This document shows positions 7,517-16,744 of a stretch of 20,000 bases of DNA, one piece after another. Every line of letters begins with the position of its first letter. The stretch's first letter is position 1. The stretch is taken from the IMG/VR virus record IMGVR_UViG_3300009151_005798; one strand, written 5' to 3'. The notes under the pieces are model-generated. The model was not told the DNA's origin and made no database searches. It was given only the letters and a program-made list of their open reading frames with translations. Made by a program: the position numbers and the translations under genes. The DNA comes from an uncultured virus (IMG/VR IMGVR_UViG_3300009151_005798) (Duplodnaviria; Heunggongvirae; Uroviricota; Caudoviricetes).

Positions 7517-8170
7517 GTCAGTGGCCATTGGGAAGATTTTAGCAATTACTTCGGCACATGCTCGTGCCACTTCCTGATGTTCCTTTTGTGTGCCATTTGC
7601 ACTGCGTAGTTCAATAAAGTGAATCCAGCTACGCAATGTTCCATTCATATACAAACGACTAACAGTCAAGCCCTCAGGTAAAACTGCTCGGGCTTGTTCT
7701 TTGGCAATGCCATTGGCAATGGCCCAATCATATGCATTGGTGGCCGCGTCAATGACTGCCTGTTGTTTATCAAGCCAAACCATTTGTGTTTCGTGCTCTA
7801 CTGAGTCGATACTGTTTTGTCTATTTTTGGGATCTTGTAACCGTGCTTCTCTAAGTACGAATGACAAGTCTTTAGTAGGATCAGCATATCGTTGGCTGAA
7901 CTCTTGGAAACTAAAACTTCTGTGTCGCAAGATTTGACGGGCAATGTCTCTAGTGGTTGTGATTTCAATACAGGCACTGACCATTTCAAGTGGACTCCAG
8001 TGTGCGTGTTTGATAAGGTATCTAATAAGCTTTTCTGATGTGTCAGTGTTAAGCTGATTGGCAGGATTGGACACACGGGCGCAATACGCAATGAGTTCCT
8101 GTGCATCCGTGATGCCAAGATCTGCAAATTCTTTAGTTGGATTTGAGTAGCTGAGTAGTCGTACATTCAT
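7505..8170 (-). CDS. thyX: FAD-dependent thymidylate synthase
   Basis: ThyX signature RHRSFSFQEFSQRY, plus HWSPLE, AKEQARAVLP, NGTLRSWIHFIELR and TQKEH. Confidence 0.97.
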   Translation of the reverse strand: MNVRLLSYSNPTKEFADLGITDAQELIAYCARVSNPANQLNTDTSEKLIRYLIKHAHWSPLEMVSACIEITTTRDIARQILRHRSFSFQEFSQRYADPTKDLSFVLREARLQDPKNRQNSIDSVEHETQMVWLDKQQAVIDAATNAYDWAIANGIAKEQARAVLPEGLTVSRLYMNGTLRSWIHFIELRSANGTQKEHQEVARACAEVIAKIFPMATDLVV

Positions 8171-9069
8171 GTAAGTTCCTTTTTATCAATTATAGCATCT
8201 TTTCTAATAGACCACAATCTTTTTATCTCACTTGGCGGAGCAAACGGCAATACTAATAACATGCAAGGATCAAATTCAACAGCTCTTCCGCTGACACTGG
8301 AACCAAAATCAAAACTACTTGCCTTTTTGTGATGGTTGTTGTGCCAACCACTTCCCCAGTGGAAGTATCCAATCCACCATACATTGGTACTGGCATCTTT
8401 ATTATCAAAGTTTCGATAGCCTGCGGCTGGAACATGTCCAAATGTGTTGACCAGTCCATCTGCATGTAAGCTCATTAAGCTACCTATTACAAAAAACCAA
8501 ACGGTAAAAGTAAGGCCAAACAGTAGCCAGCTTAATAATAGTGTAGCATAGATAATCTTGTTGTAATTTTCATGGATGAATGTAATTCGTTTATCTCTAA
8601 GCAAATCAACTGCATGTCTAAAGCTCACACTATTTTGTGTGATGGCAAATTGCCAGCCCATGTAACTCCACCATTTGCCGTTGTCGACCGGGGTATGAAT
8701 ATCTTTACCAGGCTGATCACTTACGCGATGATGATGACCACGATGTAGTGCAACCCACCATAGCGGACTGCCTTCGCCAACCATGGTTGCGGCCCACAAT
8801 AACAACGGCTCTGCCCACTTGTATGGTGTCCAACTTTTATGACTTAAAAATCGATGTAGTGTTAGATTGTTGCCAACACCATCCAGTAGTATCCAGCCGC
8901 AAATGGCTGTGACCGGCAACCACCATGACCATGCTGTTGTTACAGCATACACAATTGCAATTATTGCCGCAAGGTGGTAAGGAAACCATATTGCTATGAT
9001 ATAAGGAATTTGGCCAGTTTTACTATACAGGGAGGCCTGGTTATCAAACCAATCTAATACTCTTCTCAT
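8167..9069 (-). CDS. Membrane fatty acid desaturase (delta-9/DesC-like)
   Basis: His boxes TLHRFLSH, WVALHRGHHH..SD and GWHNNHH, plus LVNTFGH and D.STN; transmembrane segments. Confidence 0.92.
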   Translation of the reverse strand: MRRVLDWFDNQASLYSKTGQIPYIIAIWFPYHLAAIIAIVYAVTTAWSWWLPVTAICGWILLDGVGNNLTLHRFLSHKSWTPYKWAEPLLLWAATMVGEGSPLWWVALHRGHHHRVSDQPGKDIHTPVDNGKWWSYMGWQFAITQNSVSFRHAVDLLRDKRITFIHENYNKIIYATLLLSWLLFGLTFTVWFFVIGSLMSLHADGLVNTFGHVPAAGYRNFDNKDASTNVWWIGYFHWGSGWHNNHHKKASSFDFGSSVSGRAVEFDPCMLLVLPFAPPSEIKRLWSIRKDAIIDKKELT

Positions 9070-9708
9070 TTATTCTTTTTCTCTTCTAATTGCTTTACCA
9101 CCTTCGCTCGGTGCTTCAGTATTTGGTCGTCGAAGTATATATCTTCTCAGGTCCATATCATGCGGATGTATTGTACTGCCCATTAAATCATGTATCAATG
9201 CGTATGGACTTCTTGATTTTGCAGGAACCATACATTCTACAAATGTATAGTACCGTTCTCTAAAAGGAAGCATGATCTTACTGTAAGCCTCGCAACGACT
9301 TGCTGGATATGTAACAAAAAATTCATTTAGTCCAGCATTTTCATGTATAACACAAAGCTGTTCCATGATTTCTCTAAATGTTGGAATAAATCTCACTCCT
9401 ACCCTAGGACTTAATAACCAACTGACAGACCAACTTGGCATTACATTGTATCGACGTACTCCTACTGCGGCAATCCATTGTCCGTTTTCATCTTCTAGCG
9501 CATACACTTGTCGTATGTTGAAATTTATAAAGCTACTGGGCCGTAAAAATGTCATAAAAAATTTACGAAACTTTATGTCGTCATCTATATCGTTTGAAAT
9601 TTTAAAGTCTGGATATTTGTCTGGATCTGTATTTTCGTAGATGTCTAAAGCAAATGTTACCAATTGCTCCAGGTGATCTAAGGTTAATGGTACTAAGCGA
9701 CTTGACAT
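9070..9708 (-). CDS. Hypothetical protein, GNAT-like acyltransferase fold suspected
   Basis: 212-aa coupled ORF; N-terminal LVPLTLDHLEQL and beta-strands YALEDENGQWIAAVGVRR..SWSVSWLLS fit GNAT topology. Confidence 0.5.
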   Translation of the reverse strand: MSSRLVPLTLDHLEQLVTFALDIYENTDPDKYPDFKISNDIDDDIKFRKFFMTFLRPSSFINFNIRQVYALEDENGQWIAAVGVRRYNVMPSWSVSWLLSPRVGVRFIPTFREIMEQLCVIHENAGLNEFFVTYPASRCEAYSKIMLPFRERYYTFVECMVPAKSRSPYALIHDLMGSTIHPHDMDLRRYILRRPNTEAPSEGGKAIRREKE

Positions 9709-10646
9709 ATTGTTTGTATTCCGTTTATTAAATTTTTCTCTAATGTGAGTGCAGGTACTTTATAAAACCTAGACTCAAATGTTAATCCATTGGACGATAT
9801 GTTATAAAGTACTGCATCCCATAAATGATAATAGTTTTCCATACCGTGCCATTTTGGTCTTGGTCTAAATTGATAGCCCAAGCTTGAGTAAATTTTCATC
9901 TTGCTAGATGTCCAGCCAAGCTTGCCTGGAATTTGGTCTCTAATTAATTTTGCAACTGTTTCTTCTTGTAAAAATGCCAACATAGATTCTGGGCTATAAG
10001 TATAAAAATTATTCAAGGCTGGTATTCCAGTTTTGTCAACAAACCTGCGCCATACACCATCTTGATCTTCTTTCTTTAAAAAGCACCATTCAAATTTATA
10101 GGCGCCCGTTTCCCAGTTAATCTGCGGCACCTTTTCCAATTCTACTTCGTCAACAGTTATCATTGGTGCGGCAAATTGTTCAGCTACTTTTAATAAAATT
10201 TGTTGATAGAAACTGTAACTTTGATAACGATTGGCAATGTCATAACATTCGCCACTGTCAAAAAATGCTTGCGGATCAAAATCAATTATGTCGCATTTCA
10301 ACCCCATTCTCTCAACCATTCCCAGCATAGGGCCAATGTCGTAGTTGTTGTTATTGTTTGCAAATTTAACTGTTGCCAATTTTGGTTGTATTCCAGCGGC
10401 TAAAAAACTGCGGAGGGCAATCTCACTATCTAACCCACCACTCATAAAAATTGTCAAGTCTGGAAAATCTCTATACAAGCACCGAGCGTTTCTGATTAGT
10501 TCGGCTCGTAATGCCATAGGAGTACGAGTACATCCGCCTACACTCATTGAGGTCGACTCTAGATCAGATGTACGCCAAACACTTGATTGGTCATTGTCAT
10601 ACCAATACTTTAAATGGTAATTTTCAGTGTTTCTAATAGAATTCAT
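9693..10646 (-). CDS. PP-loop (adenine nucleotide alpha-hydrolase / Asn-synthetase-like) protein
   Basis: IFMSGGLDSE PP-loop; C-terminal SSK..IY....RPRPKWHGME resembling the AsnB R.K.GF tail; no glutaminase domain. Confidence 0.72.
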   Translation of the reverse strand: MNSIRNTENYHLKYWYDNDQSSVWRTSDLESTSMSVGGCTRTPMALRAELIRNARCLYRDFPDLTIFMSGGLDSEIALRSFLAAGIQPKLATVKFANNNNNYDIGPMLGMVERMGLKCDIIDFDPQAFFDSGECYDIANRYQSYSFYQQILLKVAEQFAAPMITVDEVELEKVPQINWETGAYKFEWCFLKKEDQDGVWRRFVDKTGIPALNNFYTYSPESMLAFLQEETVAKLIRDQIPGKLGWTSSKMKIYSSLGYQFRPRPKWHGMENYYHLWDAVLYNISSNGLTFESRFYKVPALTLEKNLINGIQTICQVA

Positions 10647-11284
10647 TATGCATTAAATGGCTCAGTTCTCACGCCAAACTTGTCTATCAAGTCATTGACT
10701 ATTGGCTCAAGTTGGTCGTAAGCAACCAATGGTTTTATTACAGCCCATTGCGGTGTGTTATGTAATCTAATTTTATTATCCAGTGGAATACAATCATTCC
10801 ACCAATCGCTCCAGATAGTACCAAGGGCGCGGCCTTGCCCTTTGGAAAATCGTACAATAATATCATAGATTGATTTGTTGTAATCATTGAATGTTAGTAA
10901 CATTCCAAGTTTACCTCTGGACTCACACCATTCTAAATTACTAGACAACAAGTATTTGGAAACAGAATTGTCGCTCCTATATGGTGGTAGTACCCAACAG
11001 CGGTTGCCACCGGATCCCAATTGATCATGCAATGGGCAGTCTTCAACTGCGCTTACACCAACGACACTTTCTACATCTTTGTCGTATAAGAAAGTAATCT
11101 GTCCATTATCTTTGGTCCATCTTTTCTTGTTTTTAACCAAGAATAAAAATCCGCTTGATGTACGATCTCCCATATTTTCCAGGGCAGGTGATTCAGTTTC
11201 TGCAATAGTTGAAAGGAACCCGTTGTACAAGGATTCGTATTGTTCAAACTCAGTTGCGTTAGTATGGAATATAGATAGATTCAT
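10646..11284 (-). CDS. GNAT-like acyltransferase (putative)
   Basis: FLYD...VVGVSAVE...GGNRCWVLPPYRS (motif A-like V.P.YR) and GMLLTFNDYN; TAATG coupling to the next gene. Confidence 0.58.
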   Translation of the reverse strand: MNLSIFHTNATEFEQYESLYNGFLSTIAETESPALENMGDRTSSGFLFLVKNKKRWTKDNGQITFLYDKDVESVVGVSAVEDCPLHDQLGSGGNRCWVLPPYRSDNSVSKYLLSSNLEWCESRGKLGMLLTFNDYNKSIYDIIVRFSKGQGRALGTIWSDWWNDCIPLDNKIRLHNTPQWAVIKPLVAYDQLEPIVNDLIDKFGVRTEPFNA

Positions 11285-11299
11285 ATCTATATGTAGCTG

Positions 11300-11800
11300 T
11301 CAATCTATGTCGTTGTTTACCAAGCACATGACAATATGTACTCTATCTTCCAAGCTTCCGTTTATTGCAGTATGTTCTTCTTTTGTGTTGACCCAATATA
11401 TGCGGCCATCTGCTGGAATATGTAAAATTTCAGGGGGCCGAGTAAAAATAAATTTGGCTTGATTGTGTGTTTTGACAGCAATGTGCAGTCTGGGATTATC
11501 GTCTGTGTGTATACTATAACACACCCTGGCAGGCATAATCATAATTCTGGATCTGAATACAGGAATTGGAAGTGAACTAAAAAAGTCCTGCCACCAGGTG
11601 CCTGCAAGATCTGGATGTATCATATTCCATTGGCCTTCGCCTTCACCGGGCCTTGAACCTGTACTGGCATTCCAATCAGCGGATCCATTTGTTTGTAAAG
11701 ACAATTGTCTTTGATCTGGATGTGCCGACATCAGCAGTTGTGTTTCTGCTTTTAGTCTTTCAAAGTCAATTACGCCGGGTATTTTGCTGATCCGTTGCAT
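11300..11800 (-). CDS. Aspartyl/asparaginyl beta-hydroxylase-like 2OG-Fe(II) oxygenase
   Basis: RSRIMIM...CYSIHTD (HxD), RLHIAV.T, G.IY.VNT...HTAINGS...RVHIV. Confidence 0.8.
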   Translation of the reverse strand: MQRISKIPGVIDFERLKAETQLLMSAHPDQRQLSLQTNGSADWNASTGSRPGEGEGQWNMIHPDLAGTWWQDFFSSLPIPVFRSRIMIMPARVCYSIHTDDNPRLHIAVKTHNQAKFIFTRPPEILHIPADGRIYWVNTKEEHTAINGSLEDRVHIVMCLVNNDID

Positions 11801-12978
11801 TATAGTTTTCCAATGGCCATATATCTATTGCACATGTACAGGTTTAACTCTCCTGCCCATAGAATAGTATTTAAGCCAGAGGATGCAACAAATTCTTCTA
11901 GGTTATTATGGCAGTTGACATGGTCAGGTACGTCAAACATGTCATTGCCTTGTAGCACTACTGTAGTTCCAGCCGGCAAGGACTTTATCCAATCGCCGTG
12001 ATCTTTAAAATGCTCTACAATGGTGTCAATTAGCAACAGCTTTTTATATTTGGATAGTTGTAGTTCTCTTACATCTGTTCCTGAATTTTTAAAATTGTTG
12101 TGGAATCCAGAATTTAACTCTATTGCGGCAGAATGTACAGATGTGTCAATGTCAATGTTGATAACTGAATCTAAATTTTGTCCCAGCATGTTAGATAAGA
12201 ATGGTAACAATCCAACCCAACCGCCAACAACCAATGTTGAAGTTTCAACATCGCCCATCTTGCGTTTCTTTGGAATTAGATTTCTTTCTATTAGTTTTTC
12301 AACCAGCCAAATTTTACTTTTGACTTGATTTCGGCTCAGTGCATCTTTCCAGTTTAATTCCCTATCATTATTAATTGCAACAGCCAATCTTTTGATATGA
12401 TCTCGTTGATTGTAATAGTATTCGTTTCCAATGCAAACGCCTAATTTTTTTATATCTGTATCTACTACACAGGAAAGCAATGACTCTTTGCCAATTATCA
12501 TCTCAACCAATTGAAAGAATTTGTCAAAGTCTTCTCTTGCATCAATTATCAATTGATGTGCCAGGGCCAACACAGGCAAGGCAGGTGTTTCAAATGCTTC
12601 AATGTTTAAGTTATTCCACTCATTGAGTGTCCATAATTTATTGGCCATGCCCGTCAAGTCTGTTTCTATTAGATTGACCTTTAGGGGCGTTAACTTAATT
12701 GTTTTGCCATCAGTCCAGTCTGTTGGAACATACAGTCCGGTTTCTATTGCCACTTGTAGTGCAATTAATCCTTGCTGGTCATCGCCTTCTCTTACTGCAT
12801 TCAACAAAGGCCATAAATCAAATGCGTACTCTCTTCCAACTTCAACAATCAACTGTGTAAGCTCGTATTCGTCTTCAGTTTCAAGCCAACGATGAAAATG
12901 GTGTACACTTTTGCGAAATCCAATTGCTTCATCAACAAAATAAAGCAATGCAGATCTTAGTTCTGTATTCTTATCCAT
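11800..12978 (-). CDS. Class I SAM-dependent methyltransferase-like protein with N-terminal extension
   Basis: C-terminal SRNQVKSKIWL, VVGGWVG (Gly motif I), INIDID, EHF, VVLQGND and DHVNC; start taken at MDKNTE (12978), alternative 12990. Confidence 0.65.
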   Translation of the reverse strand: MDKNTELRSALLYFVDEAIGFRKSVHHFHRWLETEDEYELTQLIVEVGREYAFDLWPLLNAVREGDDQQGLIALQVAIETGLYVPTDWTDGKTIKLTPLKVNLIETDLTGMANKLWTLNEWNNLNIEAFETPALPVLALAHQLIIDAREDFDKFFQLVEMIIGKESLLSCVVDTDIKKLGVCIGNEYYYNQRDHIKRLAVAINNDRELNWKDALSRNQVKSKIWLVEKLIERNLIPKKRKMGDVETSTLVVGGWVGLLPFLSNMLGQNLDSVINIDIDTSVHSAAIELNSGFHNNFKNSGTDVRELQLSKYKKLLLIDTIVEHFKDHGDWIKSLPAGTTVVLQGNDMFDVPDHVNCHNNLEEFVASSGLNTILWAGELNLYMCNRYMAIGKL

Positions 12979-13939
12979 TGAACCATCCATATAAATTCAA
13001 GTTGGTTCTCCATTTAACATCATCATATGTTAACGATTTGGCCGGATGCAATTGCAACATCTTTAAGAAGTAGCTTTGTTCATCGGTAAAATCTGGTAGT
13101 ATGAAGCCTAATCCTTCACTTATGTGCTTGCCTAAACTTTTGCTTGCCTTGATTGGGTCAGCATTTGCATGCAATGCAAAAAAGTCTTTGAACCAGGCAT
13201 AGTCTCTGATATTGACACAGTCAAAGTTGTCGTATTGTAACATTTTTACAGCGAGTCTTGCACCGTATACACTCCACATGCCATTCTCTACATCAGCACC
13301 CAATGTCATCCATGTCAATAGCCTTTGATAGTTTGCGGCATGCATCATTTCTGGCCAAGATTCAAATGCAAGCACTTGTCCTTGTTCCATACTAAGCTTG
13401 ACGCCTTCTCTAAATCCCACTCGAAATGCTTGGTAAGCACTGGCGTTTGTGTATACATTAGAATAACAACCTGGTAGCTCTTTGTATCTATTGAAGTCCC
13501 AACAAAAATCTATTGCATCTCGATCTTCAGTGGCCAGTTCATGACTTTTCATGTTAGCAAGATGTTCAGTACTCCACATTTTTAGGCCGCCATTGCCGTA
13601 CATGAGTCCGTTTGTGTATTGTCTGCCGCCCCAGGTAAAGCTGACTTTTCCATCCATGCCTTCGGGCAATTGTTTATTGAAGAAAGCTGGATCAACTTCG
13701 TTGTCTGCATCTACTGTGATGATATATTCACTGCTGGCAAATTCAGTGGCAGCGGCCTTGTGTGCCGCATCAAATCCGACCACACCATGTACTCTGGCAA
13801 TTCGTTTATGTGGAGTAATTGACTTTAGCAGTTCCCAATTTTTATCTGCATTGGGTTCATCAAAGCTTAAAAATACTACTGGAACATCTGACATCTTTTT
13901 ATAGATGATTGGATTCTTGACTGCTTTAAACATTGACAT
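12971..13939 (-). CDS. GT-A-fold glycosyltransferase-like protein (paralog 3)
   Basis: VFLSFDEPNA, ITVDADN (DxD), NGLMYGNGGLK, AFRVGFREGVKL; clearly homologous to the two upstream ORFs. Confidence 0.68.
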   Translation of the reverse strand: MSMFKAVKNPIIYKKMSDVPVVFLSFDEPNADKNWELLKSITPHKRIARVHGVVGFDAAHKAAATEFASSEYIITVDADNEVDPAFFNKQLPEGMDGKVSFTWGGRQYTNGLMYGNGGLKMWSTEHLANMKSHELATEDRDAIDFCWDFNRYKELPGCYSNVYTNASAYQAFRVGFREGVKLSMEQGQVLAFESWPEMMHAANYQRLLTWMTLGADVENGMWSVYGARLAVKMLQYDNFDCVNIRDYAWFKDFFALHANADPIKASKSLGKHISEGLGFILPDFTDEQSYFLKMLQLHPAKSLTYDDVKWRTNLNLYGWFNG

Positions 13940-14798
13940 TTTTAAATTCCTTTTTTAGCCACGACCAATCATTGATTAAATTTAGCTTTTCAATGTCATC
14001 ACTGTTACGCATGCCGTACTTGGATCCACTTCTTGCACCATCAATTGTGTACTTTCCGTTGTTTGAGAACCAACCATGCGTACACCATATGAATCTTCGT
14101 TCACTGCACTTTTCAATTGCTTCCCAGTATGTAAAAATATCTGTTTCTTTAAGATATTTTTCTTTGATCAGCATACCCTGGGCTTTTCGATAGTTTGCTT
14201 TTTTCTCATCGGTCCAGTCTTGAGTTGCAATGTAAATGGATAGATCTTCCAGCTCGTTGCGCTCTTTTCTTTTTGCAGAGTTGACCCTGCTCTTTATCAT
14301 TGACAAGGATGACAGCTTTGCACATTCGCGAAAGGCGCCTATCCAAGCAGATTCTGGCGTTACATTAAATCTAGTTTCGCAACTGATGCTGGACATGTTG
14401 ACACTTGCGCGACCAATTGTGGTTGATAGGTCCAGCTCCCAAGGGCGGCTTTCTAGGAATGGCTGGCGTGGAAATAGCTTTACACCACCGTAACCATACT
14501 CCAGTTCATTTGCTACATTTTTTGAATTCCATACCAATACACATTCGTTTTCTGGAATATCCCAATGTCCTGTTTCTGCGCTGGGAATAAAATTAAAATC
14601 AAATCCATCTACGATCCATGCATCTGCATCAACTACCCAGAAGTTTTCTGTGGTACTTTGTTTTGCACATGTTTCGTGTACCTGATAGATGCCCTTGACA
14701 TTGCTGATATGCTTTGCTGTGGGCGCAAATTCTAAAAGGCGTGTCCAGTTGGCTTCGCTACCTTGTTCGCCCATTGAGATAAAGAAAACATCTAACAA
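13926..14798 (-). CDS. GT-A-fold glycosyltransferase-like protein (paralog 2, with charged insertion)
   Basis: TTG start with SD GGAG; DVFFIS, WVVDADA (DxD), YGYGGVKLFP, AWIGAFRECAKL. Confidence 0.68.
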   Translation of the reverse strand: MLDVFFISMGEQGSEANWTRLLEFAPTAKHISNVKGIYQVHETCAKQSTTENFWVVDADAWIVDGFDFNFIPSAETGHWDIPENECVLVWNSKNVANELEYGYGGVKLFPRQPFLESRPWELDLSTTIGRASVNMSSISCETRFNVTPESAWIGAFRECAKLSSLSMIKSRVNSAKRKERNELEDLSIYIATQDWTDEKKANYRKAQGMLIKEKYLKETDIFTYWEAIEKCSERRFIWCTHGWFSNNGKYTIDGARSGSKYGMRNSDDIEKLNLINDWSWLKKEFKNVNV

Positions 14799-14801
14799 TG
14801 T

Positions 14802-15773
14802 TTACTCCGCAATAAACTGTTCAACATCGCTTTCCTTGACAGTTGGGCCAAGTCGATGCGGATTGAAATAACTGGCCTTAAAGAAGCGACTGCCTGCTTC
14901 ATCCAAGTCTGCAATTTCAAGTCTTAAATCTTGTTGTAGTATGCGACCAATTTTACGAGTCTCGGCCAACAGCTTTGTTCGGCTCCAAGAGTACTTGCTG
15001 TTGGGACAAGTTTCTTCGTCACCAACAAATTGTGGCATTACTGTTTCTGCCCAGTATTGATTGTGCCATTCGAAGTCAGCAACCAATTTGTAGTCCCAAT
15101 CTCGACGCAAGTTGGTTAAGTAGCAACCTAAACGAGCACCGTACATGGCCCATAGCCCATTCTGCACATCCATACCAACACTCATCCAAACCAGTAGTCT
15201 ACGATGATTTTTAAAATGGTTCTTATCTGCAATTTGGCGCCAGTCCATCGGCTTTCCATCATGCAAGGCCAATTTGACACCTTCTCTAAATCCTGCACGA
15301 TATGCCTGATATGGAGTTGCATTGTTAAACACATCGCTGTAGATGTTGTTCAATTGATGATAGTGAATGTCCCAGCAAAAGTCCACAGCGCCAGCACCCG
15401 AATCAACTGCCTCATGAGTACGCATCTGCTCAACAACCTTAACCGGCCACAATTTGACGCCACCGTTGCCGTATACCAGTCCATTGACTATATTCTTGCC
15501 GGACCATGATAACACATCACTGCGATCAAATTTTCCTAAATCTAGTTCAAGTTCAAAAAAGTCTGGTCGCACTTTGTTGTCTGCATCAATTGTGATAAAG
15601 CGTTCAGTTTCGGCTAGTTTGGCCGCGGCCTTGTGACAAGCATCGCTTCCATATACTCCGTGACTGCGTTTGGCCCACGGGCATTTTTCCAATAAATCTG
15701 CATAGTTTGCATCTGCATTTGGTTCATCGTAGCTGATGAACACTACATCAAATTCGCTAATAGGGGTTTTCAA
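14802..15773 (-). CDS. GT-A-fold glycosyltransferase-like protein (paralog 1)
   Basis: TTG start with SD GGAG; DVVFISYDEPNA, ITIDADN (DxD), NGLVYGNGGVK, AYRAGFREGVKL. Confidence 0.7.
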   Translation of the reverse strand: MKTPISEFDVVFISYDEPNADANYADLLEKCPWAKRSHGVYGSDACHKAAAKLAETERFITIDADNKVRPDFFELELDLGKFDRSDVLSWSGKNIVNGLVYGNGGVKLWPVKVVEQMRTHEAVDSGAGAVDFCWDIHYHQLNNIYSDVFNNATPYQAYRAGFREGVKLALHDGKPMDWRQIADKNHFKNHRRLLVWMSVGMDVQNGLWAMYGARLGCYLTNLRRDWDYKLVADFEWHNQYWAETVMPQFVGDEETCPNSKYSWSRTKLLAETRKIGRILQQDLRLEIADLDEAGSRFFKASYFNPHRLGPTVKESDVEQFIAE

Positions 15774-16744
15774 TTTAGTACTCCGATATCTATATTGCTT
15801 GCTTTATATAACACTTGCGGTACGGTCTGGTAAGGCCAATCTGCAACAATTTCAAAGGGATGATGCTGTCTCATCATCAGTGCTGGAAGTTCTGACCAAG
15901 AATGAAATGCTTCTGGATCATCACCATTTAATATTGCCACTTTTAAATTTCCAAAATGAGAATCTATGCTGGATCCTTTTTCATAATGACTTTGTGCCCA
16001 TATGCCATTGCCCTTCTTAAAGAGAGAAATGTGTTTTCCGCGGCCCATATGACTGATAACTGTTTGTTCGTCGCTGACACCAGAAAATAAATGATAATTC
16101 TGTACTCTATTAAACGACAGCTCTTCTGCAACTGGTGGAATATTAATTCTAACACGCTGACCTTGATACAGTATCTTGATCACGGTGTCATGACTCATAA
16201 AACTCCAAAGACGCTGTTCCCAATATCCGCGTTCCACAATGTCTGCAACAGGTACATCAGTTTTTCCAAATAGTTGATGCGGGTCTTCTTCGTCAGTTAG
16301 AAACATAGGTATATGTTCAGCTACAGTGTCCTTGTCAAGGCGTTCTTTGATTTCAGTTGACCATCTACGACTGGCTTCTACCCTGATCATTCCATTTTCA
16401 TTGAATAATAATACACGCAAAGGAGTCAGCGGATTGTATAGATTTTCACCGGCACTGAGCCACCCAAGTTGAATTTGCTTCTTTTTAAACTTGCTGGGTT
16501 TTTTGATGTCTACTAGATCCAATGCTCCCAGCGTTTCATTGAATGCAATTTTATAATCGTTTTGATTTGCAGAACCAGACAATAGATCTTTTACTCTTGC
16601 ATACGACAAGACAATATGTGAAGGATCTGCTGACTGTCCTGGTCTAATAGAATTGATAAGCCCAGAGCTGGAATCATATTCCACAGACCAAAACTCTTCT
16701 CTTTTTCGTTTTCTAGGACGAAGTTCAAATTGAATTTCATCCAC
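15770..16744 (-). CDS. Hypothetical phage protein
   Basis: Long coupled ORF; in-frame GTG at 16744 with SD GGAG 10 nt upstream preferred over 16771; possible internal repeat (MFLTDEEDPH / AILNGDDPE). Confidence 0.75.
   Translation of the reverse strand: MDEIQFELRPRKRKREEFWSVEYDSSSGLINSIRPGQSADPSHIVLSYARVKDLLSGSANQNDYKIAFNETLGALDLVDIKKPSKFKKKQIQLGWLSAGENLYNPLTPLRVLLFNENGMIRVEASRRWSTEIKERLDKDTVAEHIPMFLTDEEDPHQLFGKTDVPVADIVERGYWEQRLWSFMSHDTVIKILYQGQRVRINIPPVAEELSFNRVQNYHLFSGVSDEQTVISHMGRGKHISLFKKGNGIWAQSHYEKGSSIDSHFGNLKVAILNGDDPEAFHSWSELPALMMRQHHPFEIVADWPYQTVPQVLYKASNIDIGVLN

Noticed and set aside
5818..10646. Lasso-peptide (RiPP) cluster suggested by the AsnB-like enzymes
   Set aside because: No transglutaminase-like B2 peptidase, PqqD/RRE protein or precursor peptide is recognisable in the window
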